Shown here one piece after another: positions 11,902 to 22,879 of a DNA stretch of 64,000 nt (position 1 is the stretch's first letter; the number at the start of each line of letters is the position of its first letter). Source of the stretch: an uncultured Gemmatimonadaceae bacterium (GTDB lineage Bacteria > Gemmatimonadota > Gemmatimonadetes > Gemmatimonadales > Gemmatimonadaceae); contig CAVPOS010000014.1 of the NCBI GenBank assembly GCA_963707105.1, forward strand, positions 212,621 to 276,620, written 5' to 3'. A program made the translations under genes and the position numbers. Under the pieces are notes generated by a model. The model worked only from the letters and a program-made list of their open reading frames with translations, was not told where the DNA came from and did not search any database.

Positions 11902-11974
11902 GGAGCTATCATGCGGGCATCCGTACTAGCCGGTCAAGCCGGAGCGTGCTAGTTTGGAAGCGCAACCCCCCGAA

Positions 11975-12628
11975 ATGAAAGTCGTCGTGTTCGGTGCCAC
12001 AGGAATGATTGGCCAGGGCGTTCTACGGGAGTGTCTGCTCGACGCCGGCGTGGATCACGTGCTGACCATCGGCCGCGCGCCGACCGGCCGGCCGGACCCC
12101 AAGCTCCGCGATCTCGTCTGGACCAATCTGCAGGACCTGTCCGGGATCGAGTCCGAGCTTCAGGGATTCGACGCGTGCTTCTTCTGCCTCGGCGTGTCGG
12201 CCGTCGGGATGACGGAAGAGCAATACTCGCGCATCACGTACGACCTCACGCTGTCGGTGGCGACGACCCTCGCGCGCATCAATCCCGCGATGACGTTCGT
12301 GTTCGTCTCGGCGGCGGGAGCGTCGTCGAGCGAAACCGGCGCGATGTGGGCGCGCGTCCGCGGCCGGACGGAGAACGCGCTCTTCAAGCTTCCCTTTCGC
12401 GCCTACGTCTTCCGCCCAGGACTGATTCGCCCGCTGCACGGCATCAAGTCGAGGACGCGACTCTACAACGCCGTGTACGTCACGATGGCGCCGGTGATGC
12501 CGCTGCTCGGCCGTCTCTTTCCCACCCACGTGACGACGACGGAGCAAATCGGGCAGGCGATGCTGCGCGTCGCGCGGGAAGGGTTTCCGCGAAAGATTCT
12601 TCACACCGTCGACATCAACTCGCTCTAG
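11975..12628 (+). CDS. NAD(P)-binding (atypical SDR / NAD-dependent epimerase-like) protein
   Basis: MKVVVFGATGMIGQG Rossmann GxxGxxG motif in an intact ORF. The track ORF starts at TTG 11954; the ATG at 11975 is the more likely start. Confidence 0.85.
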   Translation: MKVVVFGATGMIGQGVLRECLLDAGVDHVLTIGRAPTGRPDPKLRDLVWTNLQDLSGIESELQGFDACFFCLGVSAVGMTEEQYSRITYDLTLSVATTLARINPAMTFVFVSAAGASSSETGAMWARVRGRTENALFKLPFRAYVFRPGLIRPLHGIKSRTRLYNAVYVTMAPVMPLLGRLFPTHVTTTEQIGQAMLRVAREGFPRKILHTVDINSL

Positions 12629-12644
12629 GGCGGCCGACGCGGCG

Positions 12645-13145
12645 TCAGGAGGCGTCGCCGTCGCGCGGTCCAGTGTACGCGCCGCTCCGCGACTCGGGCG
12701 TCGGCGGGATCATGTGCTTCGCCTCCATGCGATTCACGATCCACAGAGTGAAATACGTGAACGCGGCCAGCACGACCGCGATTTCGGCGTGACCCAGTCC
12801 GACACACGCCCCGATCGCGGCGGTCGACCAGATGCTCGCGGCCGTCGCCGTGCCCCGGACGCGGTCGTTGGCCTTGAGAATCGCCCCTCCGCCGATGAAG
12901 CCGACGCCCGTGACCAGTCCCTGGATCACGTACATCACCGCAATGGAACCCGGCGGGAACTCCGAGCTCGCCAACAACACGAGGCCGCACGAGCCAAGCG
13001 CGACGATCGGGAAGGTGCGCAGCCCGGCGCTCATGTCGTGCAGCTCCCGCTCGCGCGCGATTGGAAGCGTCAGCGCCAACGCGAGTGCCATCCGCACGGT
13101 CGCGGCGAACAGCAGGGCCCAGTCGAAGCTCATTCCGATTTGCAT
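12645..13145 (-). CDS. MgtC/SapB family membrane protein
   Basis: Intact 166-aa ORF with MgtC-type motifs: RTFPIVALGSCGLVLL, GLVTGVGFIGGGAILK, GTATAASIWSTAAIGACVGLG. Confidence 0.85.
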   Translation of the reverse strand: MQIGMSFDWALLFAATVRMALALALTLPIARERELHDMSAGLRTFPIVALGSCGLVLLASSEFPPGSIAVMYVIQGLVTGVGFIGGGAILKANDRVRGTATAASIWSTAAIGACVGLGHAEIAVVLAAFTYFTLWIVNRMEAKHMIPPTPESRSGAYTGPRDGDAS

Positions 13146-13313
13146 GCCGAGTCGGCTCGAGTGCGCCTAACCTGCCTGCCATGGGCCGAGCGTGGAAGGG
13201 GGCGCCATCGCAAGTTGCTTACGTTCGCGAGCGGCCGGTCTGGCTTGTCCGCGGTGCATCGCGCCCTCTATCGATTCACATGACAAGGACTTCGCGGAGC
13301 GCTTCGGCGGGAG

Positions 13314-13521
13314 ATGAGCGGGCGGAACAAGCTCGGTGCGCTGCTCGCCATTCTCACCTGCCCCTGCCACGTCGTGATGCTCGGCTTCGTGCTGACCGGC
13401 ACGGCAGATCGGCACCTGGCTTGTGGCGGTGCGGGCCTACGTGATCCTCGTCTTCACGCTGCTTTTCCTTCTCGGATTGTGGCTGATGGTTCGCCCGGAT
13501 CCGTCGTGTCGTATCGACTAA
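13314..13521 (+). CDS. MerE-like small two-helix membrane protein with CPCH motif (one frame hop)
   Basis: MSGRNKLGALLAILTCPCHVVMLGFVLTGTA, then in the +1 frame IGTWLVAVRAYVILVFTLLFLLGLWLMVRPDPSCRID, stop TAA at 13519-13521. LTCPCH matches the cysteine pair region of MerE. Confidence 0.5.
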
Positions 13522-13530
13522 CCCAATACA

Positions 13531-16500
13531 ATGCCCACCACGCTCGACTTCCATCGGCGCTCGGCGGCGGTCGTCGGTTGCGCTCACGCTCGTCGGTTCC
13601 GCGCCGCTGCGGAAACAGGCGGCGGGGCCGATCGACCCACGACTCTACTCCGGCTCACCTGGCGCAACCTCGGGCCCTTCCGCGGCGGACGCATTGCGGC
13701 GGTCACCGGCGTCATCGGCCAGCCCGGCACCTTCTATATCGGAATCCCGCCGCCGGCGTCTGGAAAACGACGAGCGCGGGCAACGTGGTACCCGGTCTTC
13801 GACGCGATCAAGGACGTCGTCGGTCGGATCGGTCCAGGTCGCGCCGTCGGATCCGAATGTCGTCTACGCGGGAATGGGCGACCTGATCACGGGCGGCGGC
13901 ATCAACGAAGGGAACGGGATGTACAAGTCGATCGACGCCGGCAAGACGTGGCCGCACCTGGGGCTCGACGCGACCAAGCAGATCCCGTCGATCCTCGTCG
14001 ACCCGCAACGATCCGAATCTCGTCCTCGTTGCCGCGCAGGGAAACGTCCACAAGAAAATCGACATGCGCGGCGTGTTCCGCAGCACCGACGGCGGCAAGA
14101 CGTGGAACAAGACGCTCTACGTCGACGACGACACCGGCGCGCAGAAAATCGCGTGGGCCTTCGACAACCCGAAGGTGATCTTCGCGACGACGGTCGCTCC
14201 ACTACACCGCCCTCCGCCGCCGGGGCGCGGCGGCGGCCCAGGCGGCGGCGCGGCAGCCGCCGGGCCGAGGAGCACGAAGCTGTTCAAGTCGACGGACGGG
14301 GCTGACCTGGACCGAGATCACCGGCCACGGACTTCGCCGCGCGCTGACGGCAAGACGTCGATCGCGGTCGCGAATGAACACGAACGCCAGCGCATGTTCC
14401 TGATCGGCAACTTCGGGTTCTACCGCTCCGACGACGGCGGCGCGAACTGGCACCAGATGGCCGCGAACGACAGCGCATCCGCAACGGACAGGACGGCTAC
14501 AACTGCGGCGTCTACGTCGATCCATCGAACCCCGACATCGTCTACACGATCAACACGTCGAGCTACAAGTCGAGCGACGGCGGCAAGACCTTCACCGGCT
14601 TCAAGGGCGCGCCCGGCGGCGACGATCCGCAGCAGATGTGGATCGATCCCACCAACGGCAAGCGCATGCTCCTCGGCGTGGACCAGGGCGCGATCGATCT
14701 CGCTCGACGGCGGCCTCACGTGGAGCTCGTGGTACAACCAGTCGACGGAGCAGGTCTACCACATCTCGACCGACAACTCGTTCCCGTACTGGATCTACGC
14801 CACGCAGCAGGACGCCGGCGCCATCCGACGCGGAGCCGCGGCAACCTCGGCGCGATCACCCCGATGGACTGGAAGCCGGTGCCGGGCTAGGAGTCGGGCA
14901 CGATCGTCGCGGATCCGCTCGATCCGAAGATCGTCTACGCGGGCGGCGCGCGGATATCTGAAGATCGCGTATCCGAGCGAGCAGTGGATCAACATGAGCC
15001 CGACGCAGGACACCGTCTCGCAGCTGCGCACGACGGCAACCAGCCGCTCGTGTTCGCGCCGTGGAACCAGCACGAGCTGCATCGCCGGATTCCAGTCCCT
15101 GATGGACGACGATCGACGGCGGCGCGCACTGGACAAAGATCAGCCCCGACCTCGCCGTGCGCCCCGGCGCACCGCGCCGCCGACCGGCGCCGGCGCGACC
15201 GCGCCGCCCGGCGGCGCGATTCGAATCGATCTCGCGCGTCGACGCGTCGCGCCGGGCATGATCTGGGTCGGCACCAACAATGGGCTCATCAAGGTCACGA
15301 AGAACGACGGCAAGACCTGGACCGACGTGAGCATCCCGGACTCCCGAACCCGCGCGCGCGCCGAAGTCTCGCGGTCGACGCGTCGCACCTCGACGCCGCC
15401 GAAGCGTACGTCGCGATCGATCTCCATCGCGTCGGCGACTACACGCCGTACGTCTATCCGCACGCACGACTACGGCAAGACGTGGACGCAGCATCGTCGA
15501 ACGGCCTGGCGACCGAATCAGCCGAGCGGAAGCTTCGCCCGCGTCATCCGCGACGACACGAAGAAGCGGGGCTGCTGTTCGCCGGCACCGAGAGCTCCAT
15601 GTACGTCTCGTTCGACGACGGCGACCACTGGCAGTCGCTGCAGCTCAACCTGCCGAACACGTCGTATCGCGACATCGCGATCAAGGACAACGATCTCGTC
15701 GTCGTCGACGTACGGGCGCGGCTTCTGGGTGCTCGACGACTACTCGATGCTGCGGCAGATCACGCCGGCGATCGCGAGCGAGGCGGCGCACTCTTCAAGC
15801 CGGGCGACGTGTGTCGCATGCGCCGCAACGTGGGCGCCGACACGCCGTTCCCGCCCGAGGTGCCGCACGCGCTGAACCCGCCCAGGGCGCTCATCGACTA
15901 CTGGCTCGCGCAAAGCCGCGCGGCGACATCACGCTCGACGTGCTCGACGCGTCCGGCGCGTCGTGCGGCACATGTCGAGCGCGGCGATCACGCCCGTGAC
16001 CGGAGGCCGCGCGGCCGCCCCAGCCGAACTTCTGGGTCGCGCCACCCGAAGCCGCTGCCGACGAACGTCGGCGACAACCGCACGAACTGGGATCTGCGCT
16101 ACGATTCGCCGCCGTCGTTCGCGCACTCGTTCGAGATCAACGCGAATCCGGGACTGACGCCGGCGTCGCCGGAAGGACCGGTGGCGCTCCCGGGCACGTA
16201 CACGCTCAAGCTCACGGTCGACGGCAGGAGCTACACGCAGACCGTGACGATCAGGCCCGATCCGCACTCGCCGGCGACGGTCGCGGCGATCGCGGCGCAG
16301 CACGCGCTGCAGATGAAGCTCGTGCAAGGAATCGACGCGTCGTACGAAGGCCATCGCATGGCGCAGGCGCTGCGCGACACCCTTCGGGCCGCGGCCAACA
16401 CACGCGGGAGACGGTGCAGCGATCGTCAACCGGCTCGCCGCGCAGCTCGACACGATCGTCGGATCGGCGGCGGTGGTCGCGGGCGAGGACGCGGCGGTCA

Positions 16501-16755
16501 GGCGGCCCGCCGAACTTCCGGGCCCTCAACGGCGCGATGGTCGCGCAGCTCAATACGCAGGACTTGGGCGACTTGGCGCCAACGTCATCCGCGCTCGCTG
16601 CATTCGGCGCAAGCTGCCGGGACTTGGCGAAGACGGTGGCGGCGTGGCAGAAGGTGACGGCGGAGCTGACCGCGATCAATTCGAATCTGAGGTCGGGGGG
16701 AGGGCGAGCGGTCGCGGAGGTCCCAGCCGGGACGATGAAGCCTCCGGTTTGCTGA
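13531..16755 (+). CDS. BNR/Asp-box (sortilin/VPS10-like) repeat beta-propeller protein of about 1070 aa, very heavily frame-disrupted (possible pseudogene)
   Basis: Asp-box-type patches sit in alternating frames: GVWKTTSAGN, MYKSIDAGKTW, VFRSTDGGKTWNKT, FYRSDDGGANWHQM, ISLDGGLTWSSW, KVTKNDGKTWTDV, YVSFDDGDHWQSL, GRGFWVLDD. C-terminal part: NRTNWDLRYDSPP...GTYTLKLTVDGRSYTQTVTIRPDP. Stop at 16753-16755. Confidence 0.75.
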
Positions 16756-16782
16756 GCGTCTGGCACGAGCTCGCACTGCGAG

Positions 16783-16984
16783 CATCTCGGATCGGCAGAC
16801 GAGCCCTGCCTCGAGCAAGAGCATGAGCAGGAGCTATGAGCAACCGCCGCGGTTCTAGGCTCAAGGCTCAAGCTCCGGCTCACGCTCGAGGCAGGGCTCG
16901 ATCCCGCGTCCGAGATGTCCACGCAATCGCGCAGACCCCAAACGTCACTGAGACCTGAGACCATGAGACCTGAGACCTGAAACC
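16783..16984. repeat. Intergenic palindromic element plus a 5x heptamer array (TGAGACC)
   Basis: Arms 16783-16816 (CATCTCGGATCGGCAGACGAGCCCTGCCTCGAGC) and 16884-16917 (GCTCGAGGCAGGGCTCGATCCCGCGTCCGAGATG) are largely complementary. TGAGACC units lie at 16949, 16956, 16964 and 16971, and TGAAACC at 16978. The element sits between convergent stops 16755 and 16990. Confidence 0.6.
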
Positions 16985-16989
16985 AGCCT

Positions 16990-18472
16990 CTATCTGCCGT
17001 TCCATGTCCCGCCCAGCGCCTTGTACAGCTGCACTGCCGCCGTCAGCTCTCCGAGCTGCGCCTGACTCAACGCCAGCTCCGCGCTGAACAAGCTTCGCTG
17101 CGCGTCGAGCAGATCGAGGTACGACGACAACCCCGCGTCGTATCGCGACTCGGCGAGAGCGAGCGCCTGCCGCAGTGCGCGCGCCTGCGCGGACTGGGCG
17201 GCGACTTCGTCGCGCGCGGCGCGTACGCCGGCGAGCGCGTCGTTCGCTTCGCGAATCGCGTTCAGCGCCGTCGACTCGTACGATGCCTTCGCCTGGTCGG
17301 CACGCGCGCGCGCCGCGGCGGACTGGTTCGACAGCCGCCCGTTGTCGAACACCGGAAATGAAATCCCGGCGAACAACTGATAGACGTGCGTGTTGTCGGC
17401 GAACACGTTGTTCGGTATGCCGGCCTGCGACCCGAGCGATCCGACGATGCTGACCGTCGGCAGGCGCGCCGCGTCGGCGACGCCGATGCGCGCGTGCGCC
17501 GCGGCGAAGTTGCGTTCCGCCTGTTGCACGTCGGGCCGTCGCGCGAGCAGACCGGCGGGAATCGAATCCGGAATCGCGAGCGCCTCCACGGCCGCGGTGA
17601 GCGACCCGCGCCGCGGGATCGCCGTCGGACCTTCGCCGAGCAGGACGTTCAGGTTGTGCTCCGTCACGGCGGTCGCGCGCTCGCTCTGCGCGAGCGTCAC
17701 CGCCGGCGCCGCCACCTGCGCCTCGAACTGCCGCACGTCGAGCTCCGAGGTGAGTCCCTCCGAGTATCGGGCGCGCGCCACGTCGAGCGTGGCCTGCCGC
17801 GAGCTGAGCGTGCGCTCGGCGATGAGCCGTTCCTGATCCAGCTCGAGGAGCTGGAGGTAGCTCGACGCCACGTCACTCACCAGCGACAGCACCGCGGCTC
17901 GCTCGGTGGCTTCCTGCGCGCCGAGGTCGGCCGATGCGGCCTGAACGCCGCGGCGAAGCCGGCCCCAGAAGTCGAGCTCCCAGGTGAGATCCGCGGTGAA
18001 ACGCGCCGCGCGATATGCAGTGGGCGGGAACGAGCCGATGACGACCTGGTTCGAGCTCTCGGAACCGTTGAGCGCGAGCGACGGAACCAGCGGCGCTCTC
18101 GACACGCCGACCGCCGCGCGGAACTCGCGGATCCGCGCCTCGGCGACGCGGAGATCGCGATTCTGATCGAGCGCGACATTCACGAGACGGACGAGCGTCG
18201 TGTCGCGCAGCAGATCGAGCCACGCGAGCGACGTGAGCGAGTCGACCGCCGCCAGGCGCCGAACCGCGGGCACCGCCGCGATGCGCGCCGTGTCGGCCCG
18301 GCGCGCCACGGCGAGCGAATCGAAGAACGCGCGCGACGAGTCGCTCGTGCGAGGAACGCCGATCCGCTCGCTGCGAGCTGGCCACGGTCTCGGGCACGTA
18401 GCGCGGGCCGGCGAGACACGCCGAGGCGAGGACGGCAGCCGCCGCGAGAACCAACGCGCGCGGGCGCATCAT
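16990..18472 (-). CDS. RND efflux outer-membrane factor lipoprotein (NodT/OprM family), one frame hop near the 5' end
   Basis: N-terminus [25 protein letters not shown] (lipobox). The body is intact ORF 16990..18309 with typical OMF coiled repeats ([20 protein letters not shown]..., [21 protein letters not shown]). ATG 18472 overlaps the RND stop (ATGA). Confidence 0.85.
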
Positions 18473-21400
18473 GCGCGCTCCGTCGTCGGCGCGACAACTG
18501 CTTCGGGTTCCGCGGCCGCGGCGCGACTTCGCCCCTCGGCCAGACCACGAATGATGCGGAAGAAGAGCGGGATGAAGAAAATGCCGACCGTCGTCGCGAA
18601 CAGCATTCCGGCGAACACGCCGGTGCCGATCGAGTGGCGGCTCACCGCGCCCGCGCCGCTCGCCAGCATCAGCGGCAGCACGCCGAGGATGAACGCGAAC
18701 GACGTCATGAGAATCGGCCGCAGTCGCTCGCGCGCCGCCTCGACCGCCGCTTGTCGTATGCTCATGCCGTGCGCGCGCAGCTCGTTGGCGAATTCGACGA
18801 TCAGAATCGCGTTCTTCGCCGCCAGACCGACGACGGTAATCAGCCCGACCTGGAAATAGATGTCGTTCGGCTGCCGTCGAATCCAGATGCCGAGCAGCGC
18901 GCCGAGCACGCCGAACGGAACGCCGAACAAGCACGGCGAACGGCACCGACCAGCTCTCGTATTGCGCCGCGAGCACGAGGAAGACGAGCACGAGCCCGAG
19001 CGCGAACACGAGCGCCGCGTCGCCGCTCGACGCGCGCTCCTGGAACGACTGGCCCGAGTAGGAAACGCCCAGCCCCGCCGACGCGAACTGGGTCGCGATG
19101 AGGTCGTCCACTTGGTGCAGCAGTTCGCCGGTGCTGTGCCCCGCCTTCGGCGTTCCCGTAAACTGAGCTGAAGTAAATCCATTGAAACGCGGCACGACCG
19201 TCGGCGCGCTGCGGAAGCTCGTCGTCGTCACCGCGGACACCGGAACCATCGTGTTGTTCGAGCCGCGCACGTAGAGCTTGCCGATGTCGGCCGGCGTCTG
19301 GCGGAATTGCGGCAGCGCCAGCGCCTGCACGCGGTACGTCTTGCCCTGAAGGTTGAAGTCGTTGATGTAGAGCGACGAGAGGTTCGCCTGCAGCGTCGCG
19401 AACAGATCGGTGAGGTTGATGCCGCGCGCCTTGGCCGCCGTGCGATCGACGGTGACGTAGACCTGCGGCACCGCGGCGCGGAACGTCGTGTTGAGCGCGC
19501 CCGCCGCCGGCAGCTGGTTCACCGCCTGACGGAACTCGGCGACGTGCTGCGCGAAGGTGCGGATGTCCTGCCCGTTGCGGTTCTGCAGGTTGATCTCGAC
19601 GCCCGCCGTGATGCCGAGCCCCGGCACCTCGGGCAGGTTGAACCCGAACGCGTTGGCGTCGGGGAGCGCGAACAGCTTGCGGTTGATGCGCGCCGGCGAT
19701 CGAATCGAGCGCGTCGTGCGGCGAACGCTCGTCCCACGGCTTCACGTTGAGGAAGACCGTCGCGCCGTTCGTCGCGCTCGACTGCGTGAGAAGGTCGAGC
19801 CCGACGAGCGCCACGATGTTCCTCACCGCCGGCTCGGCGCGGATGATCTTTTCAATCGATGCGACCGTCGCCTCGGTGCGTTGAAGCGACGCGGCGTCGG
19901 GCAGCTGCACCGAGAGCGCCATGTATCCCTTGTCTTCCGTCGGGATGAAAGCGGTCGGAATGCGGCGCCAGAAAACACCAGCAAGCCCGACGATTATGAG
20001 AAAGACGGCGACCCAAATCGGCGGACGGCGGATCACCGAATCCACCGCGCCGACGTACCCGTTCGTGGCACGCGTGAACAGGCGATTGAACCAGCCGAAG
20101 AAGCCCGTCGTGTGCGTCGCTTCGGATTCGGTGAGCAGCAGCGCGCAGAGCGCCGGCGTCAGCGTCAGCGCGACGACGCCCGACAGCACGACGGCGATCA
20201 CGATCGTCATCGCGAACTGCTTGAACAGCTCGCCGGTCACGCCGCCGATGAACGCCACCGGCACGAACACCGAACAGAGCACGAGCACGATCGCGACGAG
20301 CGCGCTCCCCACCTGGCGAATCGCCTTGTCCGCGGCGAGCCGCGGCTCGAGGCCCTCGCTCGCCATGATGCGTTCGACGTTCTCGATGACGACGATGGCG
20401 TCGTCCACGACGATGCCGATCGCCAGCACGAGACCGAACAGCGTCAGCACGTTGATCGACATCCCGAACGCGAGCAGATCCGAGGAACGTGCCGATGACG
20501 CTCACCGGCACGGCGAGCATCGGGATCAGCGTGGCGCGCCAGCTCTGGAGAAAGAGGAACACGACCAGCGTCACGAGGATCATCGCCTCGACGAGCGTGA
20601 TCGTGACCTCGTGGATCGACGCGCTCACGAACGGCGTCGTGTCGAACGGCAGCGCCCACGTCACGCCTTGCGGGAAGCCGGACTGCATCTCGTTCAACCG
20701 GTCCACGACCGCCTGCTTCACGGCGAGCGCGTTCGCGCCGGGGCGCATGTACAGCAGCACGAACGCCGTCGGCTCGCCGTTGAGGCGCCCCTCGAGGTCG
20801 TAGCTTCGCGCGCCGAGCGCGGCGTGCCCGACGTCGCGCAACCGAATCACAGAGCCGTCGGGACGCGCGCGGATCACGATGTCGTTGAACTCGTCCGGCG
20901 TCTGGAGCCGGCCGATCGTCGTGATGGGAAGCGTGAGCTGCGTCCCCGGCGGCGACGGCTCCGCGCCGAGCCGCCCCGCGGGATTCGTCGCGTTCTGCTC
21001 GCGCACCGCCGCGGCGATGTCGCTCACCGTGAGGCTCAGCTGCGCCATCTTGTCCGGATCCAGCTGGAGCAGCATCGAGAAGTCGCGCGCCGGAAACGGC
21101 GTCGCGTCGCCTACTCCGGGCACTCGCTTCAACTCGTCGACGACGAACAGCTTCATGTAGTTCGCCAGGTACGTCGCGTCGTAGCGAGGATCTTTCGACT
21201 GGAGCGCGACAACGGCGAGGATGTCGGTGTTCGCCTTGAGGATCGTGATGCCGTTCGTGCGCACCGCGTCCGGCAGCTGCGGCTCGGCCAGCTTCTCGGC
21301 GTTCTGCACGTCGACCGCGGCCAGATCCTGGTTGCGCGCGACGTCGAACGTCACGTTGATCGTCGTCGACCCGTCGCTCGAGTTCGACGACCCGTAGTAG

Positions 21401-21636
21401 ATCATCCCCTGCAGCCCGGCGAGCTGCTCCTCGATCGGCGCGGCGACGGCTTGCGCGGCGTCTTCCGACGACGCGCCGGGATAGTTCGTCTGAATGCGCA
21501 CCGCCGGCGGCGTGATCTGCGGATACCGCGTCACCGGCAGCAGGTGAATCGCGAACAGGCCGAGCAGCGTGATGACGATCGAGATCACGGCGCCGAAGAT
21601 CGGGCGCCGGATGAAGAAGTAGCGCGGCTCGCTCAT
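18469..21636 (-). CDS. RND multidrug efflux transporter permease (AcrB/HAE1-like), at least 3 frame hops
   Basis: [44 protein letters not shown], ...[31 protein letters not shown], ...[26 protein letters not shown], ...[15 protein letters not shown]. Pieces lie in ORFs 19852..21786, 18840..20462, 17873..19627 and 18469..19182. Confidence 0.9.
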
Positions 21637-22778
21637 CGGGTGGTCGCGCTCGCGGCTGATTTCGTGCTGTCGGAGAGCGGCACGGGCTTCACCACGCGGC
21701 CCGGCGCCACCTTCTGCGTCCCCTCGACGACGACGCGGTCGCCGGCCGACAACCCCGAGTCGATGATCCAGAGCGACCCGGTCCACGGCCCGGTCTGCAC
21801 GTCGCGCGCGACGACGGTATCGCCGGCGCCGACGACGTACACGAATTGCCGTCCGAGTCCCTGCATTATCGCGCGCTGCGGAACGGCGAGCGCTGCGGCG
21901 CGCATGAACCCTTCGAGACGCACGCGCACGAACTGCCCCGGAAGCAGGCGACGGTCGGCGTTCGCGAACTTCGCGCGGAACTCCTCGGTGCCGCTCGCCG
22001 AGTCCAGCGACGGCGCGACGAAGTCGAGCCGACCCACGCGCGGCAACAGCGAGCTGTCAGGAAGCACCACGCGCACCGCGAGGCTGCTGCCGGGGCGGAT
22101 CAGCGCGCCGGCGCGCGGATCGCGTTCCCACGTCGCCAACTGCTGCGACGACGGATGGAACGTCACGTAGACCGGATCGAGCTCGTCGATCGTCGTGAGC
22201 AGGTCGCCCGGCCCGCTCACGCGCGCGCCGAGCTCCAGCCGCGCGCGACCGACCTGTCCGTTGATCTCGGCGCGAATCACGCAGTCGTCGAGGTCTTTCT
22301 TCGCCGCGTCGGCCGCGGCTTGCGACGACTCGACCTCCGAGCGCGCGTTGTCCACGTCCTGCTGCGCGACGGCGTGCTTCGGAATGAGCGGCTCGAGCCG
22401 CGCCACGGTGCGCTTCGCGTTGTCGAGCCGCGCGGCCGCGCTTCGATACGCCGCGTCGTACCTGGTCGGGTCCAGCTTGTAGAGGACCTGCCCTTTCGAG
22501 ACGACGGCGCCTTCGGTGAACGGCCGTTCGACGATGATCCCTTCGACGCGCGCCCGCACCTCGACGCGTCGATACGGCTGGACCTGCGCGCCGAGCTCGT
22601 AGGGTTCGGCGATCGTCGCGGGAGAGACCGTGACGATCCCGACCTGCGCGGGCGGCGGTGCGGCCTGCCCTTGTTGTTGGACGCCGGTTCCGGAAGCCTT
22701 GCTGCAACCGCCTATGGCGAGAAGACCGACAAACGTCGAGGCGAGCGCGCTCGCTCGCCGAAGATGCGCAATGATCAC
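21633..22778 (-). CDS. RND efflux periplasmic adaptor (MFP, AcrA/HlyD-like) lipoprotein
   Basis: VIIAHLRRASALASTFVGLLAIGGCSKA (lipobox), then VEVRARVEGIIVERPFTEGAVVSKGQVLYKLDP (lipoyl-like motif). Stop TGA 21633-21635 overlaps the RND ATG (ATGA). The GTG start at 22778 is inferred. Confidence 0.85.
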   Translation of the reverse strand: MIIAHLRRASALASTFVGLLAIGGCSKASGTGVQQQGQAAPPPAQVGIVTVSPATIAEPYELGAQVQPYRRVEVRARVEGIIVERPFTEGAVVSKGQVLYKLDPTRYDAAYRSAAARLDNAKRTVARLEPLIPKHAVAQQDVDNARSEVESSQAAADAAKKDLDDCVIRAEINGQVGRARLELGARVSGPGDLLTTIDELDPVYVTFHPSSQQLATWERDPRAGALIRPGSSLAVRVVLPDSSLLPRVGRLDFVAPSLDSASGTEEFRAKFANADRRLLPGQFVRVRLEGFMRAAALAVPQRAIMQGLGRQFVYVVGAGDTVVARDVQTGPWTGSLWIIDSGLSAGDRVVVEGTQKVAPGRVVKPVPLSDSTKSAASATTR

Positions 22779-22786
22779 TGCACGTG

Positions 22787-22846
22787 GGGCTGGCGTCGGA
22801 GGACTACAGGAGAGGTCCTTTGTAAGATGAACCCCGACGCCAGCCC
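22787..22846 (-). other. Perfect 13-bp-stem hairpin between the M13 peptidase stop and the MFP start
   Basis: GGGCTGGCGTCGG (22787-22799) is the exact reverse complement of CCGACGCCAGCCC (22834-22846), and an inner AGGAC...GTCCT pair is present. No U-run follows on the minus strand, so it is not a canonical terminator. Confidence 0.3.
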
Positions 22847-22879
22847 GAGGGAGCTTCGCGGGACGAAACGTGACGTGCC

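Noticed and set aside
13146-13531. A mercury-resistance (mer) operon, suggested by the MerE-like protein.
   Set aside because: No MerR, MerT, MerP, MerA or MerB ORFs are present, and I could not see a MerR-type operator in the upstream spacer. Only the CPCH mini-protein is there.
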